Made by a program: the position numbers and the translations under genes
Notes under the pieces: generated by a model
Databases searched by the model: none
Told to the model about the DNA's origin: nothing
The model's input: the letters and a program-made list of their open reading frames with translations, nothing else
Assembly (NCBI GenBank): GCA_963666205.1
Contig: OY762654.1
Coordinates: 1,152,001 to 1,216,000 of the forward strand
Reading direction: 5' to 3'
From: Synergistales bacterium
Lineage (GTDB): Bacteria > Synergistota > Synergistia > Synergistales > JAFGMB01
DNA: 64,000 bases
Shown: positions 47,452 through 57,504 of the stretch, piece after piece
How positions within the stretch are numbered: the stretch's first letter is position 1
Layout: each line of letters begins with the position of its first letter

Positions 47452-48657
47452 GTGGTCATTATGCTTAACAGGATCAGAGAACTTGCAGATAAACAGGGTT
47501 CCCGAATGACAGAACTAAGGCATCATTTTCATTCAAATCCGGAATTATCCTGGCAGGAAGTTGAAACAACCCGTAAAATTGCCGAAATAATAGAGGATCT
47601 GGGGTTCGAGAACATAAGGACAGGTTTCGGGGGAACTGAAAGCGGACTTACAGCCGACCTTAACCTGGAAAAAGAAGGTCCTATGGTTGCTTTAAGGGCA
47701 GATATTGATGCCCTCCCCCTTACAGAAGAAAATGACATACCCTATCGTTCAACAAGAGATGGGGTTATGCACGCATGCGGCCATGATGCTCATGCAACAA
47801 TGCTAATCGGGGCAGCAACCATTCTGTCCGAGATCAAGGATGATCTTCCCGGCCGTGTAAGGCTTATATTCCAGCCAGCGGAGGAACACGGGTTGAAGTC
47901 AGGTGCGGAAACCATGATAGCCGAAGGAGTTCTTGACGGGGTCGATGCTATCGCGGGTCTGCATATATGGTCCTCCGTCCCTTCAGGGAAAATCGGATTC
48001 AGGAGCGGTCCGATAATGGCTTCGGCAGATGTATGGGAAATAACCGTCAAGGGTAAAGGCGGTCACGGATCGATGCCCCATAATGCCATTGATCCCACCA
48101 TAGCTGCAGCTACGGTAATAACAACGATGCAGACGGTAGTAAGCAGGGAGATCGACCCACAGGACACAGTGGTGCTGAGCATTGGCCAGATAGAATCAGG
48201 AACTGCCGCCAATATCATACCGGAATCGGCTACACTTAAAGGCAATATCCGAACCACAAGTCCCGAAACACGGGCAGCCATCCCTGAAAAGATGGAAAGG
48301 ATCATGAAGGGCATCTGCTCAGCCATGAGATGCGAAGGGATCCTCAATTTCATGAATATATATCCGGTAACGGTAAATGACGAGAAACTCTCAGATCTCG
48401 CAATAAGCACTGCCATAGAGATGTTAGGGGAGAATTACGTTGAAAAAGCCCCTCTCCTTATGGGATCCGAAGATTTCAGCTATTACGGGGAAAAAGTCCC
48501 TGGTACTTTCTTTCTCCTGGGATGCGGGAACAAAGAAAAGGGAACGAACAATCAGCATCATTCTCCAAGATTCAACATCGATGACGATGTCCTTCCCTCA
48601 GGCACTGCCATGCTCGCAGGATTTGCCTGGAAATTCCTGTCTGAACAGGGAAAATAG
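47452..48657 (+). CDS. M20D amidohydrolase (N-acyl-L-amino acid amidohydrolase)
   Basis: HSNPELS; LRADIDALP; MHACGHD; FQPAEE; GKGGHGSMPH; SEDF; HHSPRF. Confidence 0.92.
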   Translation: MVIMLNRIRELADKQGSRMTELRHHFHSNPELSWQEVETTRKIAEIIEDLGFENIRTGFGGTESGLTADLNLEKEGPMVALRADIDALPLTEENDIPYRSTRDGVMHACGHDAHATMLIGAATILSEIKDDLPGRVRLIFQPAEEHGLKSGAETMIAEGVLDGVDAIAGLHIWSSVPSGKIGFRSGPIMASADVWEITVKGKGGHGSMPHNAIDPTIAAATVITTMQTVVSREIDPQDTVVLSIGQIESGTAANIIPESATLKGNIRTTSPETRAAIPEKMERIMKGICSAMRCEGILNFMNIYPVTVNDEKLSDLAISTAIEMLGENYVEKAPLLMGSEDFSYYGEKVPGTFFLLGCGNKEKGTNNQHHSPRFNIDDDVLPSGTAMLAGFAWKFLSEQGK

Positions 48658-48757
48658 CGATGACAGTAAGCTATGTATGATATTTTAAAGGGACTCCATT
48701 CTCGGAGTCCCTTTCGATCAGTAATTCTGCCAGATCCCCTGCAAAGTTCTTTCTCCA

Positions 48758-49522
48758 TCAGTATTCAGAATTTATTTCAAGCCTTCTGGCAAGGAGTTCA
48801 GAAAAAGGGTTCAGCTTGCTCTGCTCTTCAAGGATGTCAAAGGTGTAACCCAGATGAGATTCAGCTGCCTTGAGCGCTTTATGGCCATCCTGAGTAACAA
48901 TTGCATTGACCAGATCCTCATGCTGCTGGAGAATTGCCGCAGTTCTTTCCGGCTGCTCTGAATCAAGGATCTGCATTCGCATGGATACTATGGATTTTTC
49001 CATAAGCTCGGTAATATTCTCGTGGATCCTGGACAGGATGGTATTATGGGTTGCCTGAAAGATCGTATTATGGAGGACCGTGTTCCAATAGGCCCCCTGC
49101 TGGGCCTCATCTCTTCCATGTTCTGAAAATATCATTTTCAGTTCTCCCAGACATGCTTTCAGTTTTTCAACATCATCATCTGTTCTTCTCAAAGATGCAA
49201 GATAGGCAGCTTTTCCCTCGATGATCTGCCTGATCTCCATAACCTGCCCCAGGGTTTCCATGGGCCAGAGAAATGCCAGACCTATCCTTGGAGGAAGATC
49301 CCTGCTTTCTCTTCCTAAAAGAAAGATACCCTGCCTTTCCCGAACTTCCAGAAGACCCATGGCTTCAAGGGACACAATAGCTTCCCGCAACAGGGTCCTG
49401 CTGACCTTCAAAAGGTCAGACAATACCCTCTCCGTAGGCAGTTTACCCTTATCATCAATAACGTTTCCTGACTCAATGAGCTCCAAAAGATCGTCTATTG
49501 TCTTTTTTCGACTATCATTCAT
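48758..49522 (-). CDS. FadR/GntR-family regulator
   Basis: KLPTERVLSDLLKVSRTLLREA; MEIRQIIE; LHNTIFQATHN; HEDLV. Confidence 0.9.
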   Translation of the reverse strand: MNDSRKKTIDDLLELIESGNVIDDKGKLPTERVLSDLLKVSRTLLREAIVSLEAMGLLEVRERQGIFLLGRESRDLPPRIGLAFLWPMETLGQVMEIRQIIEGKAAYLASLRRTDDDVEKLKACLGELKMIFSEHGRDEAQQGAYWNTVLHNTIFQATHNTILSRIHENITELMEKSIVSMRMQILDSEQPERTAAILQQHEDLVNAIVTQDGHKALKAAESHLGYTFDILEEQSKLNPFSELLARRLEINSEY

Positions 49523-49659
49523 TTTTCATACTCCTGTCTTATGTCTGATATCAACGATCAACATAAATAGTAACACAGGCAAACCAGTTGAATGAATTTT
49601 CGGATGCGAGATACTTCTTGAAATAATCTGAACATTATGATAGCATTTTTAGTGAGGTT

Positions 49660-49681
49660 TTGGAATACCTTGGTATACCAA
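49660..49681. promoter_or_regulatory. Putative FadR-subfamily operator
   Basis: Perfect TTGGTATACCAA (49670-49681) plus an adjacent imperfect TTGGAATACC, between the regulator and its divergent operon. Confidence 0.65.
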
Positions 49682-49757
49682 GATATTCATTCTCCCCTTT
49701 CCCCTGAGACAATGGATAAGTTGTAGTTTAAGATCGACAATATTCTATCTAAGGCAG

Positions 49758-51245
49758 GTGTCCTTCTTGAAAAAAGGATACGATGTGACGATCATAGGAG
49801 GAGGAGTTGTGGGGTGTGCCATAGCCCGCGAGCTTTCACGATTTGACCTCTTTGTTTCACTCATAGAAAAAGAATACGATGTAGGACTGGGAACAAGCAG
49901 CAGGAACAGCGGGGTTATCCACTCCGGTATCAATTACAAGCCTGGGACGATAAGAGCGAAGGTAAACGTCCGTGGAAACGAACTTATGGATAAACTCTGC
50001 AGGGAAATCAAGGTCAAAATGAAACGAATCGGCAAAATAACTGTCGCCAGAGATGAGAAAGATATCCCCACCCTGTATCGTTTGAAGGAACAGGGTGAAG
50101 CCAATGGAGTTCCTGGTCTGAAGATCCTGGACCAGAAAGAAATGCGGAAAGTCCAGCCCGGGGCAGGTGGGATCGGTGCATTATATTCTCCAAGCAGTGG
50201 AATAGTCTGCCCCTATGGTCTGACCATAGGTCTTGCCGAAAATGCCCATGATAACGGAGTTCACTTTCACCTGGGTCAGGAGGTTTCCTCAATAGAAACT
50301 CTCACTGATGGCGGATTTATGATCCGGACAAAGTCAGGAACCCGTCTCCAGACTCAGATCCTTATCAATGCTGCCGGCCTGTTTGCCGATTCCATCTGCA
50401 GGATGACTGGAATTGAAGAATATCGGATATATCCATGCAGAGGGGAATATTATGTCCTTGACAAACGCCTCGACGGGACTATAAAGACACTCATCTACCC
50501 TGCACCCAGGGCAGATGATCCTGGCCTGGGTATCCATCTGACTCCCACCGTTGACGGCAATATCCTCATAGGGCCCAGTGCTGAATATATCGAAGAACAT
50601 GAAGATTATGCATGTACTGCAGAGGTTATGAAATCTCTACGGGAAGAAGGGCATAATCTTCTCCCTGATCTTCAGATGTCCGACTTCATCCGCAACTTCT
50701 CCGGAGTTCGTCCAAAGCTTACTCCTCCTGAAGTGGGGGGCAATAGCGATTTCGTCATAGAGGACAGGAAAGACATCACCGGATTTATCAATCTGGTAGG
50801 AATAGAAAGTCCGGGACTCACATCTGCTCCTGCAATTGCGGAGATGGTTTCGTCAATGGTCGGCAAACATCTGCCTCTGAGGCCTAATGTCAATTTCAGC
50901 CCTGACAGCAAGGGATCTCCCTTCTTCTTCAGCGAACTTCCCGAGGAAGAAAAGAAACATCTAATCTCTGAAAACCCTAATTACGGAGAGATCATCTGCA
51001 GATGTGAAAAGATAACAAAACAGGAAATTCTCGATGCCATAAACAACCCCCTCGGAGCAAGAACCTTCGTCAGCATCAAATACAGGGCTAGATCGGGCAT
51101 GGGAAGATGCCAGGGAGGATTCTGCATGCCCAGGATAACTAAAATACTAAGGGATGAATTCGGGCTCTCTCCTGAAGACTTTATCCTGAGAGGTAGAACT
51201 TCCCCTCTCTTTGTCGGCAAAGTAAGAGAGGGGGACCAGGGATAA
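49758..51245 (+). CDS. FAD-dependent oxidoreductase (LhgO/GlpA-like) with BFD-like [2Fe-2S] domain
   Basis: IIGGGVVG; TSSRNSGVIHSG; RGEY; LGIHLT; GIESPGLTSAPA; ICRCE..GRCQGGFC. Confidence 0.88.
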   Translation: MSFLKKGYDVTIIGGGVVGCAIARELSRFDLFVSLIEKEYDVGLGTSSRNSGVIHSGINYKPGTIRAKVNVRGNELMDKLCREIKVKMKRIGKITVARDEKDIPTLYRLKEQGEANGVPGLKILDQKEMRKVQPGAGGIGALYSPSSGIVCPYGLTIGLAENAHDNGVHFHLGQEVSSIETLTDGGFMIRTKSGTRLQTQILINAAGLFADSICRMTGIEEYRIYPCRGEYYVLDKRLDGTIKTLIYPAPRADDPGLGIHLTPTVDGNILIGPSAEYIEEHEDYACTAEVMKSLREEGHNLLPDLQMSDFIRNFSGVRPKLTPPEVGGNSDFVIEDRKDITGFINLVGIESPGLTSAPAIAEMVSSMVGKHLPLRPNVNFSPDSKGSPFFFSELPEEEKKHLISENPNYGEIICRCEKITKQEILDAINNPLGARTFVSIKYRARSGMGRCQGGFCMPRITKILRDEFGLSPEDFILRGRTSPLFVGKVREGDQG

Positions 51246-52483
51246 TGACCGTTGAAAAAAGAGGTATTGTGGTAATAGGAGGAGGACCGGCAGGACTTGC
51301 GGCTGCCATATCCGCCAGAGAGAATGGCTGCGAGGATGTGCTTCTGGTCGAAAGGGACAGGATACTGGGAGGCATTCTTAACCAGTGTATCCATGACGGT
51401 TTCGGTCTTCATACTTTCGGAAGCAGCCTTTCCGGTCCGGAATATGCAGGGCGTTTTATCGACCGTTTCCAGGAACTTGGAATAAAGGTAATGGAAGGTT
51501 CCATAGTCCTTTCCCTTGATGAGAACAGGGTCCTTTCTGTAAGTTCGAGGGAAGGTTATAGAATCATCCAGGCTGATGCGGTAATTCTAGCCATGGGCTG
51601 CAGAGAGAGAACCAGGGGAGCTATTTCCATCCCCGGCAGGAGGCCCTCGGGAATATACACAGCAGGCGCCGCCCAGAACCTCATAAACCTTGAGAACATA
51701 ATGGTCGGGAAAAGAGTCTGCATTCTCGGTTCCGGTGATATAGGCCTTATCATGGCAAGAAGAATGACCCTTGAGGGAGCCAGGGTGGAAGCGGTTTTCG
51801 AACTCCTGCCCTATTCAAGCGGGCTTCCCCGGAATATTCAGCAATGCCTTAACGACTACGATATTCCTCTCTTCCTGAGCACAACTGTCACCAATATCCA
51901 TGGGAAAGACCGTCTTGAAGGAATCAGCGTGGCTCAGGTTGGCCAGGATCGATGCCCCATTCCCGAAACAGAAAGATACGTACCCTGCGATACCCTTCTC
52001 CTTTCGGTAGGCCTGATCCCTGAAAATGACCTTTCCAGGGATACCGGCATTGATCTGGATCCCAAAACGAGCGGAGCCATAGTGGACGATACCTTCATGA
52101 CCAGCATCCCTGGTATTTTCGCCTGTGGCAACGTGCTTCACGTTCATGACCTGGTTGACTGGGTTTCCCTGGAAGCAGCAGACGCCGGAGCCTTTGCAGC
52201 CAGTTATGTCAGAGGAATTAAAAAAGGGAGATCTTACATTCCGGTCTCAGCTGGAGAAGGGATAAGGTACACTCTGCCCCAGGCCATTTCAGGAAGAATG
52301 GATCTGACTTTATCCATGAGAGTATCAGCACCATGGAGGGACAGAACCATTGTAATAAAGGACGGTGAAAGGGAAATAAAGAGAAAAAGAATGGTCCGTC
52401 TCCATCCAGCGGAAATGATAAGGGTAGATCTGAAAGCCAATGAACTTGTTTCCTGTTCAAGGCTGGAGGTGAGCGTGGAATGA
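51245..52483 (+). CDS. NAD(P)/FAD-dependent pyridine nucleotide-disulfide oxidoreductase family subunit
   Basis: IGGGPAG; GGILNQCIHDGFG; AMGCRERTRG; ILGSGDIGLIMARR; FACGNVLHVHDLVD. Confidence 0.88.
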   Translation: MTVEKRGIVVIGGGPAGLAAAISARENGCEDVLLVERDRILGGILNQCIHDGFGLHTFGSSLSGPEYAGRFIDRFQELGIKVMEGSIVLSLDENRVLSVSSREGYRIIQADAVILAMGCRERTRGAISIPGRRPSGIYTAGAAQNLINLENIMVGKRVCILGSGDIGLIMARRMTLEGARVEAVFELLPYSSGLPRNIQQCLNDYDIPLFLSTTVTNIHGKDRLEGISVAQVGQDRCPIPETERYVPCDTLLLSVGLIPENDLSRDTGIDLDPKTSGAIVDDTFMTSIPGIFACGNVLHVHDLVDWVSLEAADAGAFAASYVRGIKKGRSYIPVSAGEGIRYTLPQAISGRMDLTLSMRVSAPWRDRTIVIKDGEREIKRKRMVRLHPAEMIRVDLKANELVSCSRLEVSVE

Positions 52484-52917
52484 GCATCAGGGAATACACA
52501 TGTGTGGTATGCCCTAATGGATGTACCCTGAAGGTTGAAGTTAAGGATGGTGAAAAACCTGAATTCGTCAAGGTTGAAGGGAACATCTGTAAAAGGGGAG
52601 AAAGCTGGGCAAGACAGGAAGTGGAAAATCCGCTGAGGACCATTGCCAGCAGTGTTCTGGTCAGGGGAGGGGAATTTCCCCTGGCCAGTGTAAGGACGGA
52701 TTCACCTATTCCACTGGAATCCATAGGGGCAGTAATGAATGATATCCGGTCCATTACTCTGGATGCTCCCCTTGAAATCGGAGATGTGGTTATAGAGAAG
52801 CCGGCAGGAACAGATTGCAGGATCATCGTTACAAGAAAGGTCAAGTGCAAAGAAAAGGAAGTGCGTCTCACCGGGAATTCCATAACGGGGGAAAGGGAAT
52901 TGCTGAAACAAAATTAA
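52480..52917 (+). CDS. DUF1667 small Cys-containing subunit
   Basis: TCVVCPNGC; GNICKRG; NPLR; VRTDSPIP. Confidence 0.85.
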   Translation: MSIREYTCVVCPNGCTLKVEVKDGEKPEFVKVEGNICKRGESWARQEVENPLRTIASSVLVRGGEFPLASVRTDSPIPLESIGAVMNDIRSITLDAPLEIGDVVIEKPAGTDCRIIVTRKVKCKEKEVRLTGNSITGERELLKQN

Positions 52918-52936
52918 TTCTTAAGGGGGAAATAAA

Positions 52937-53953
52937 ATGAAAAAGCTGGTTGGCATTATGTTAGTAGCATTGCTCGCAGTAACTTGTATTTTCTTCAGTT
53001 TTTCCGTTCAGGCAGAGGCAAAGACCTACAGGATCAATATCGCTACGGCTACCACAGGCGGGGCATATTACCCCATAGGAAACGCCATGGCACAGATATG
53101 GACAAAGAAACTCGACGGAGTTAAAGCTGCAGCCCAGTCAACTGCAGGAACTCCACAGAATGTTGAACTTATGATGAATGCAGAAGTTCAGATAGCATTA
53201 GGTCAAAACGGGATCTGCTATTATGCATTTAATGGTACCGGAACCTATGAAGGGAAAAAAGGATTTCCTGCCAGATCACTGAGAGGGATTACAGCCCTTT
53301 ATCCCAATGTAATGCACTGGGTAGTAGCTGCTGATTCGGGAATAAGCAGTATTTCAGAACTGGAAGGAAAGAAAATAGTTCCGGGAGCCGTCGCCAGTGC
53401 TACCGAAATTAACACCAGGGAAATGCTTAGTGCCTACGGGCTTAACTACATGAAAGACGCCGGGGAAGTGAATGTAAAAGCCGACTTTGTAGGATACAAT
53501 GAAGCTGTAGATCTTCTGAAGAACAGGCAGATAGTTGCTTCCCACATTGCTGGCGGAGTACCTACTGCAGCAGTGCTGGATGTATTGTCTACCGGGGCAG
53601 CAAAACTGATCTCCCTTGAAGAGGACAAGATACAGGAGATTACCGAAAAATATCCATGGTATTTCCCCTATACTATCAAGGCCGGGACCTACCCGAAACA
53701 GGAGGAAGACATACATACCATAGCTCTTTCAAACATTCTTTTCACCAGAGAAGATCAGCCTGAGGAATTGATCTACATGATAACCAAAGGGATCTACGAC
53801 TATCATGAAGATCTTGTCAATGCCCATAAAGCTACAAAAAACACCATATTGGAAAACGCCCTCAATGGAATGACCCTGCCTCTCCATCCCGGGTCAGTTA
53901 AATATTACAGAGAACAGGGTATTGAGATACCGGCAAAGCTGATCGCTCAATAG
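52937..53953 (+). CDS. TAXI-family TRAP transporter substrate-binding protein
   Basis: Signal peptide; IATATTGGAYYPIG; LYPNVMH; IKAGTY; PLHPGSVKYYRE. Confidence 0.92.
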   Translation: MKKLVGIMLVALLAVTCIFFSFSVQAEAKTYRINIATATTGGAYYPIGNAMAQIWTKKLDGVKAAAQSTAGTPQNVELMMNAEVQIALGQNGICYYAFNGTGTYEGKKGFPARSLRGITALYPNVMHWVVAADSGISSISELEGKKIVPGAVASATEINTREMLSAYGLNYMKDAGEVNVKADFVGYNEAVDLLKNRQIVASHIAGGVPTAAVLDVLSTGAAKLISLEEDKIQEITEKYPWYFPYTIKAGTYPKQEEDIHTIALSNILFTREDQPEELIYMITKGIYDYHEDLVNAHKATKNTILENALNGMTLPLHPGSVKYYREQGIEIPAKLIAQ

Positions 53954-54035
53954 TCAGGACAGAGATCACTATGCAGGAGGAACTTTACCCGTTCCTCCTG
54001 CTTCCAAGTACATGAAAGTTAAGGAGGTTTCGGAC

Positions 54036-56012
54036 ATGGCCGAAACTACTAATCTAAATACCGAAACATCTACCGGGAAGGAACTTGACGCAGAAAAGGT
54101 CCTCGAAAAGGTGGACTCTGAGTCCAGATTCAGAAAATTCAGTGGCAAGTGGGCTATAGTTATCAGTTTCGTAGCTATTGCCATGTCCGTTTTTCACCTT
54201 TACACATCAGGTTTCGGCACCTTAATGGCTATGAAGCACCGCAGCGTTCACCTGGCTTTCCTCCTCACTCTCACTTTCCTTCTTTACCCGGCTTCCAAAG
54301 GATCGCCCCGGAAGAGATTGAGTTTTTTTGATTATGTATGGTTGGCATTGGGACTATCTTCCAGTCTTTACATTCTTTTCTTCTTTGATGCTTTCAGTAT
54401 CAGGGGTACTGCCGTAACATCCGATTATGTTATGGGAACTATCCTCATAATATGTGTCCTGGAAGCATCACGGAGAACCATAGGAAAAGAACTTACGATC
54501 CTGGCCATGATCTTCCTCGCTTACGGTTTCTGGGGTGAATACATACCCGGAGTCCTTGGTCATACAGGATTTACCTTCAAAAGGATCGTTTACCATCTGT
54601 ATCTTTCATCTGAAGGTATTTTCGGCATAGCCCTCGGGGTATCATCTACATACATATTCCTCTTTATCCTTTTTGGTGCATTCCTTACAGAAACGGGCAT
54701 GGGACTTTTCATCAAGGACCTTGCCATGTCCCTGGCGGGGCGTACCATTGGAGGAGAAGCAAAGGTTTCCATTATCGCAAGCGGTCTTATGGGAATGATA
54801 AATGGAAGTGCCGTAGGCAACGTTGCAGCAACGGGAACATTTACCATCCCCTTAATGCGGGATGCCGGATTCAAACCCGTATTTTCAGCAGCAGTTGTAG
54901 CAGTAGCTGGAACAGGCGGGATGATTATGCCTCCTGTCATGGGAGCCGCTTCCTTTATAATGGCAGAATTTCTGGGTATCCATTATTCGAAGATCATGTT
55001 AGCAGCAGCCATACCAGCCGTACTTTACTACCTCGCCGAGTATTCTGTCATTCATATAGAAGCTATTAAAATGGGTATGACAAGAATACCCCACGAAAAT
55101 ATTATCCCCTTACGGGTCGTCATGAAGGAAAGGGGACATCTTATGGTCCCTATCCTGGTTATTGTATGGCTTCTTCTCACGGGCAGGACACCTCTGTACG
55201 CAGCTTTTTACGGAATTATATCTTCACTTGTTGTCAGTTCTCTGAAAAAGGAAACAAGGCTTACTCCCAAAGCCTTTCTGAGAGCATTGGAACAGGGAGC
55301 ACGGGGAACCGTGGGAGTGGGTATGGCATGTGCAGTTGTGGGAAATATAATCGGGATCACAAATCTCACGGGATTAGGACTTGTTCTGGGAGACAACATA
55401 GTATCACTGGCTCATGGAAGCGTAATCGTAACGATTTTCCTGACCATGGTGGTCTGTATAATACTGGGAATGGGTCTTCCAACTACCGCCTGCTACATAG
55501 TTACCGCAACTATTGCAGCACCGGCACTGCTACAATTGGGAATAAATCCACTGGCTGCACATATGTTTGCCTATTACTTCGCATGTCTTTCCAATCTTAC
55601 CCCTCCTGTAGCAATAGCATCCTATGGCGCCGCGGGCATATCCGGCCAAAAACCCTCAGAAGTTGGATGGACAGGGTTCAGAATATCTCTCGCAGCTTTC
55701 CTGATACCCTTCACATTTGTCTATAGTCCGGAATTGTTACTTGTTCAGGGATCTTTTATGGATATAGGAATAGCGGTAGGGACAAGTGTTATAGGCGTTA
55801 TAGCCATAGCGGCAGCAGTACAGAATTTCCTTATAGGACCACTGAATATAGCCCAGAGGATCATGCTTTTCGCCGGAGCGGTCCTGCTTATATTCCCCGG
55901 GATAATGACAGATGGCCTTGGCATAGCCCTTACAGCTATTGTTGTAATCTGGCAGAAACTGGCAGGTACCTCCTATACCCCTCCCCTTCGATCCAGGGAA
56001 CAGGAAGCCTGA
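54036..56012 (+). CDS. TRAP transporter fused (DctQM, 4TM/12TM) permease
   Basis: EGIFGIALGVS; GTFTIPLM; MPPVMGAASF; GMGLPTTACY; TPPVA; RBS AAGGAGG before ATG 54036. Confidence 0.92.
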   Translation: MAETTNLNTETSTGKELDAEKVLEKVDSESRFRKFSGKWAIVISFVAIAMSVFHLYTSGFGTLMAMKHRSVHLAFLLTLTFLLYPASKGSPRKRLSFFDYVWLALGLSSSLYILFFFDAFSIRGTAVTSDYVMGTILIICVLEASRRTIGKELTILAMIFLAYGFWGEYIPGVLGHTGFTFKRIVYHLYLSSEGIFGIALGVSSTYIFLFILFGAFLTETGMGLFIKDLAMSLAGRTIGGEAKVSIIASGLMGMINGSAVGNVAATGTFTIPLMRDAGFKPVFSAAVVAVAGTGGMIMPPVMGAASFIMAEFLGIHYSKIMLAAAIPAVLYYLAEYSVIHIEAIKMGMTRIPHENIIPLRVVMKERGHLMVPILVIVWLLLTGRTPLYAAFYGIISSLVVSSLKKETRLTPKAFLRALEQGARGTVGVGMACAVVGNIIGITNLTGLGLVLGDNIVSLAHGSVIVTIFLTMVVCIILGMGLPTTACYIVTATIAAPALLQLGINPLAAHMFAYYFACLSNLTPPVAIASYGAAGISGQKPSEVGWTGFRISLAAFLIPFTFVYSPELLLVQGSFMDIGIAVGTSVIGVIAIAAAVQNFLIGPLNIAQRIMLFAGAVLLIFPGIMTDGLGIALTAIVVIWQKLAGTSYTPPLRSREQEA

Positions 56013-56084
56013 TAAAGATATTTTCTCTGACCGTCATATAATGATACAAGATCTGGATCTTTTGTTCATTCTGGAGGCTGATCT

Positions 56085-57350
56085 ATGAAAACTGCATTTA
56101 AATACGGAAAACAAGAGCTTACCATCAATATCCCCGATAAAAATCTTCTGGGGATACTGGAACCTTCCGGGCTCGATCCTATCAAAGATCTGGATAAAGA
56201 GGTCAGGACTCTGCTTGAACAACCTACAGCGGGACCTTCTCTGTCTAAGCTCATCCGGATGATCAAGCCCAGGAAAGTGGCGGTCATCGTAAATGATCTG
56301 ACCCGATCTACTCCGACCCCGGAATTACTGCCACCGGTTATCGAAAAGCTCCTGGGTCAGGGGATATCAAGGGAACAGATAGACATCATCATAGCAACAG
56401 GTACACACAGGCCCATGGATAGGGAAGAGATCACAAGCATTACAGGGGAAAACATTTTCAGGGAATTCAATGTCATAAATCATGACTGCGATTCTCCCGA
56501 TCTGGTAACCATGGGAATACTTTCAGGTGAGAATGAACTCAGGATCAACCGGATCGTTGCTGAAGCAGATATCCGGATCGCCATAGGTGAAGTTCTTTTA
56601 CACTACTATGCCGGGTTTGCCGGAGGGAGAAAAAGCATCCTTCCCGGTGTAGCCGGAAGAGAGACCATAATGAAGAATCATCACATGATGACCTTTCCGG
56701 GAGTAGGGATAGGGAAAACATCCGGAAATCCTGTAAGTGAACAGATGGTTGAAGCGGTTGAAAAATATTGTCCCCTTCATTTTATCGTTAACTGCGTGAG
56801 TAACAGCCATAAACAGGTGGTCACACTGGTGGCCGGTGATGCTGTAAAAGCATGGGAAAAGGGAATAGAAGTCTTCAGGAAGATGAATTTTGCTCCTGTT
56901 GAGAAAAAGGCAGACGTGGTGTTTGTATCTGCAGGGGGGTTTCCCAAGGATATAAACATGTACCAGGCTCATAAGGCTCTTGAAATGTGCTCTGCTGCTG
57001 TAAAGGAAGGCGGTAGCATCGTTTTCTTTGCAGAATTGGCAGAAGGGTATGGACATCCTGTTTTTCAGGAATGGGCAGAAAGACAGATGGAACCATACGA
57101 AGCTGTCCAAACCTTTGAGAAAAATTTCAGATTTGGAGCACATAAAATTTACTATCTGGCAAAGCTGGCACAGAAATGTGATATTTACCTCTACTCTTCA
57201 GTGGCCGGAATAGACTCACGAAAAATGTACTGCCATAAGTTAGACTCTCTGGAAGAGATCCTTCCCCTTATCATCAGAAAATACGGAAGCAGCTTTTCCT
57301 CATGGGTAATACCCCAGGGAGGGATCGTGCTTCCCGTTTACAACTCTTAA
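56085..57350 (+). CDS. larA: LarA-family nickel-pincer-nucleotide-dependent alpha-hydroxy-acid racemase/epimerase
   Basis: VNDLTR; ATGTHR; HYYAGFAGGRKSILPG; NH; GGFPKDINMYQAHK; substrate not determinable from sequence. Confidence 0.85.
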   Translation: MKTAFKYGKQELTINIPDKNLLGILEPSGLDPIKDLDKEVRTLLEQPTAGPSLSKLIRMIKPRKVAVIVNDLTRSTPTPELLPPVIEKLLGQGISREQIDIIIATGTHRPMDREEITSITGENIFREFNVINHDCDSPDLVTMGILSGENELRINRIVAEADIRIAIGEVLLHYYAGFAGGRKSILPGVAGRETIMKNHHMMTFPGVGIGKTSGNPVSEQMVEAVEKYCPLHFIVNCVSNSHKQVVTLVAGDAVKAWEKGIEVFRKMNFAPVEKKADVVFVSAGGFPKDINMYQAHKALEMCSAAVKEGGSIVFFAELAEGYGHPVFQEWAERQMEPYEAVQTFEKNFRFGAHKIYYLAKLAQKCDIYLYSSVAGIDSRKMYCHKLDSLEEILPLIIRKYGSSFSSWVIPQGGIVLPVYNS

Positions 57351-57504
57351 GAAAACTGGAATTTAAAACCGGTTTCTTAAATCCGGAAATTTTACAGGGG
57401 GCCTCAGGAGGTCCCCTTCTTTAATTTTGCAAAAACAGTAAAACACTCTCAGATCTTAGGGGAAAGATCGCCTGTATTTCTTAGATAATCTTTTCTCCCT
57501 GATC

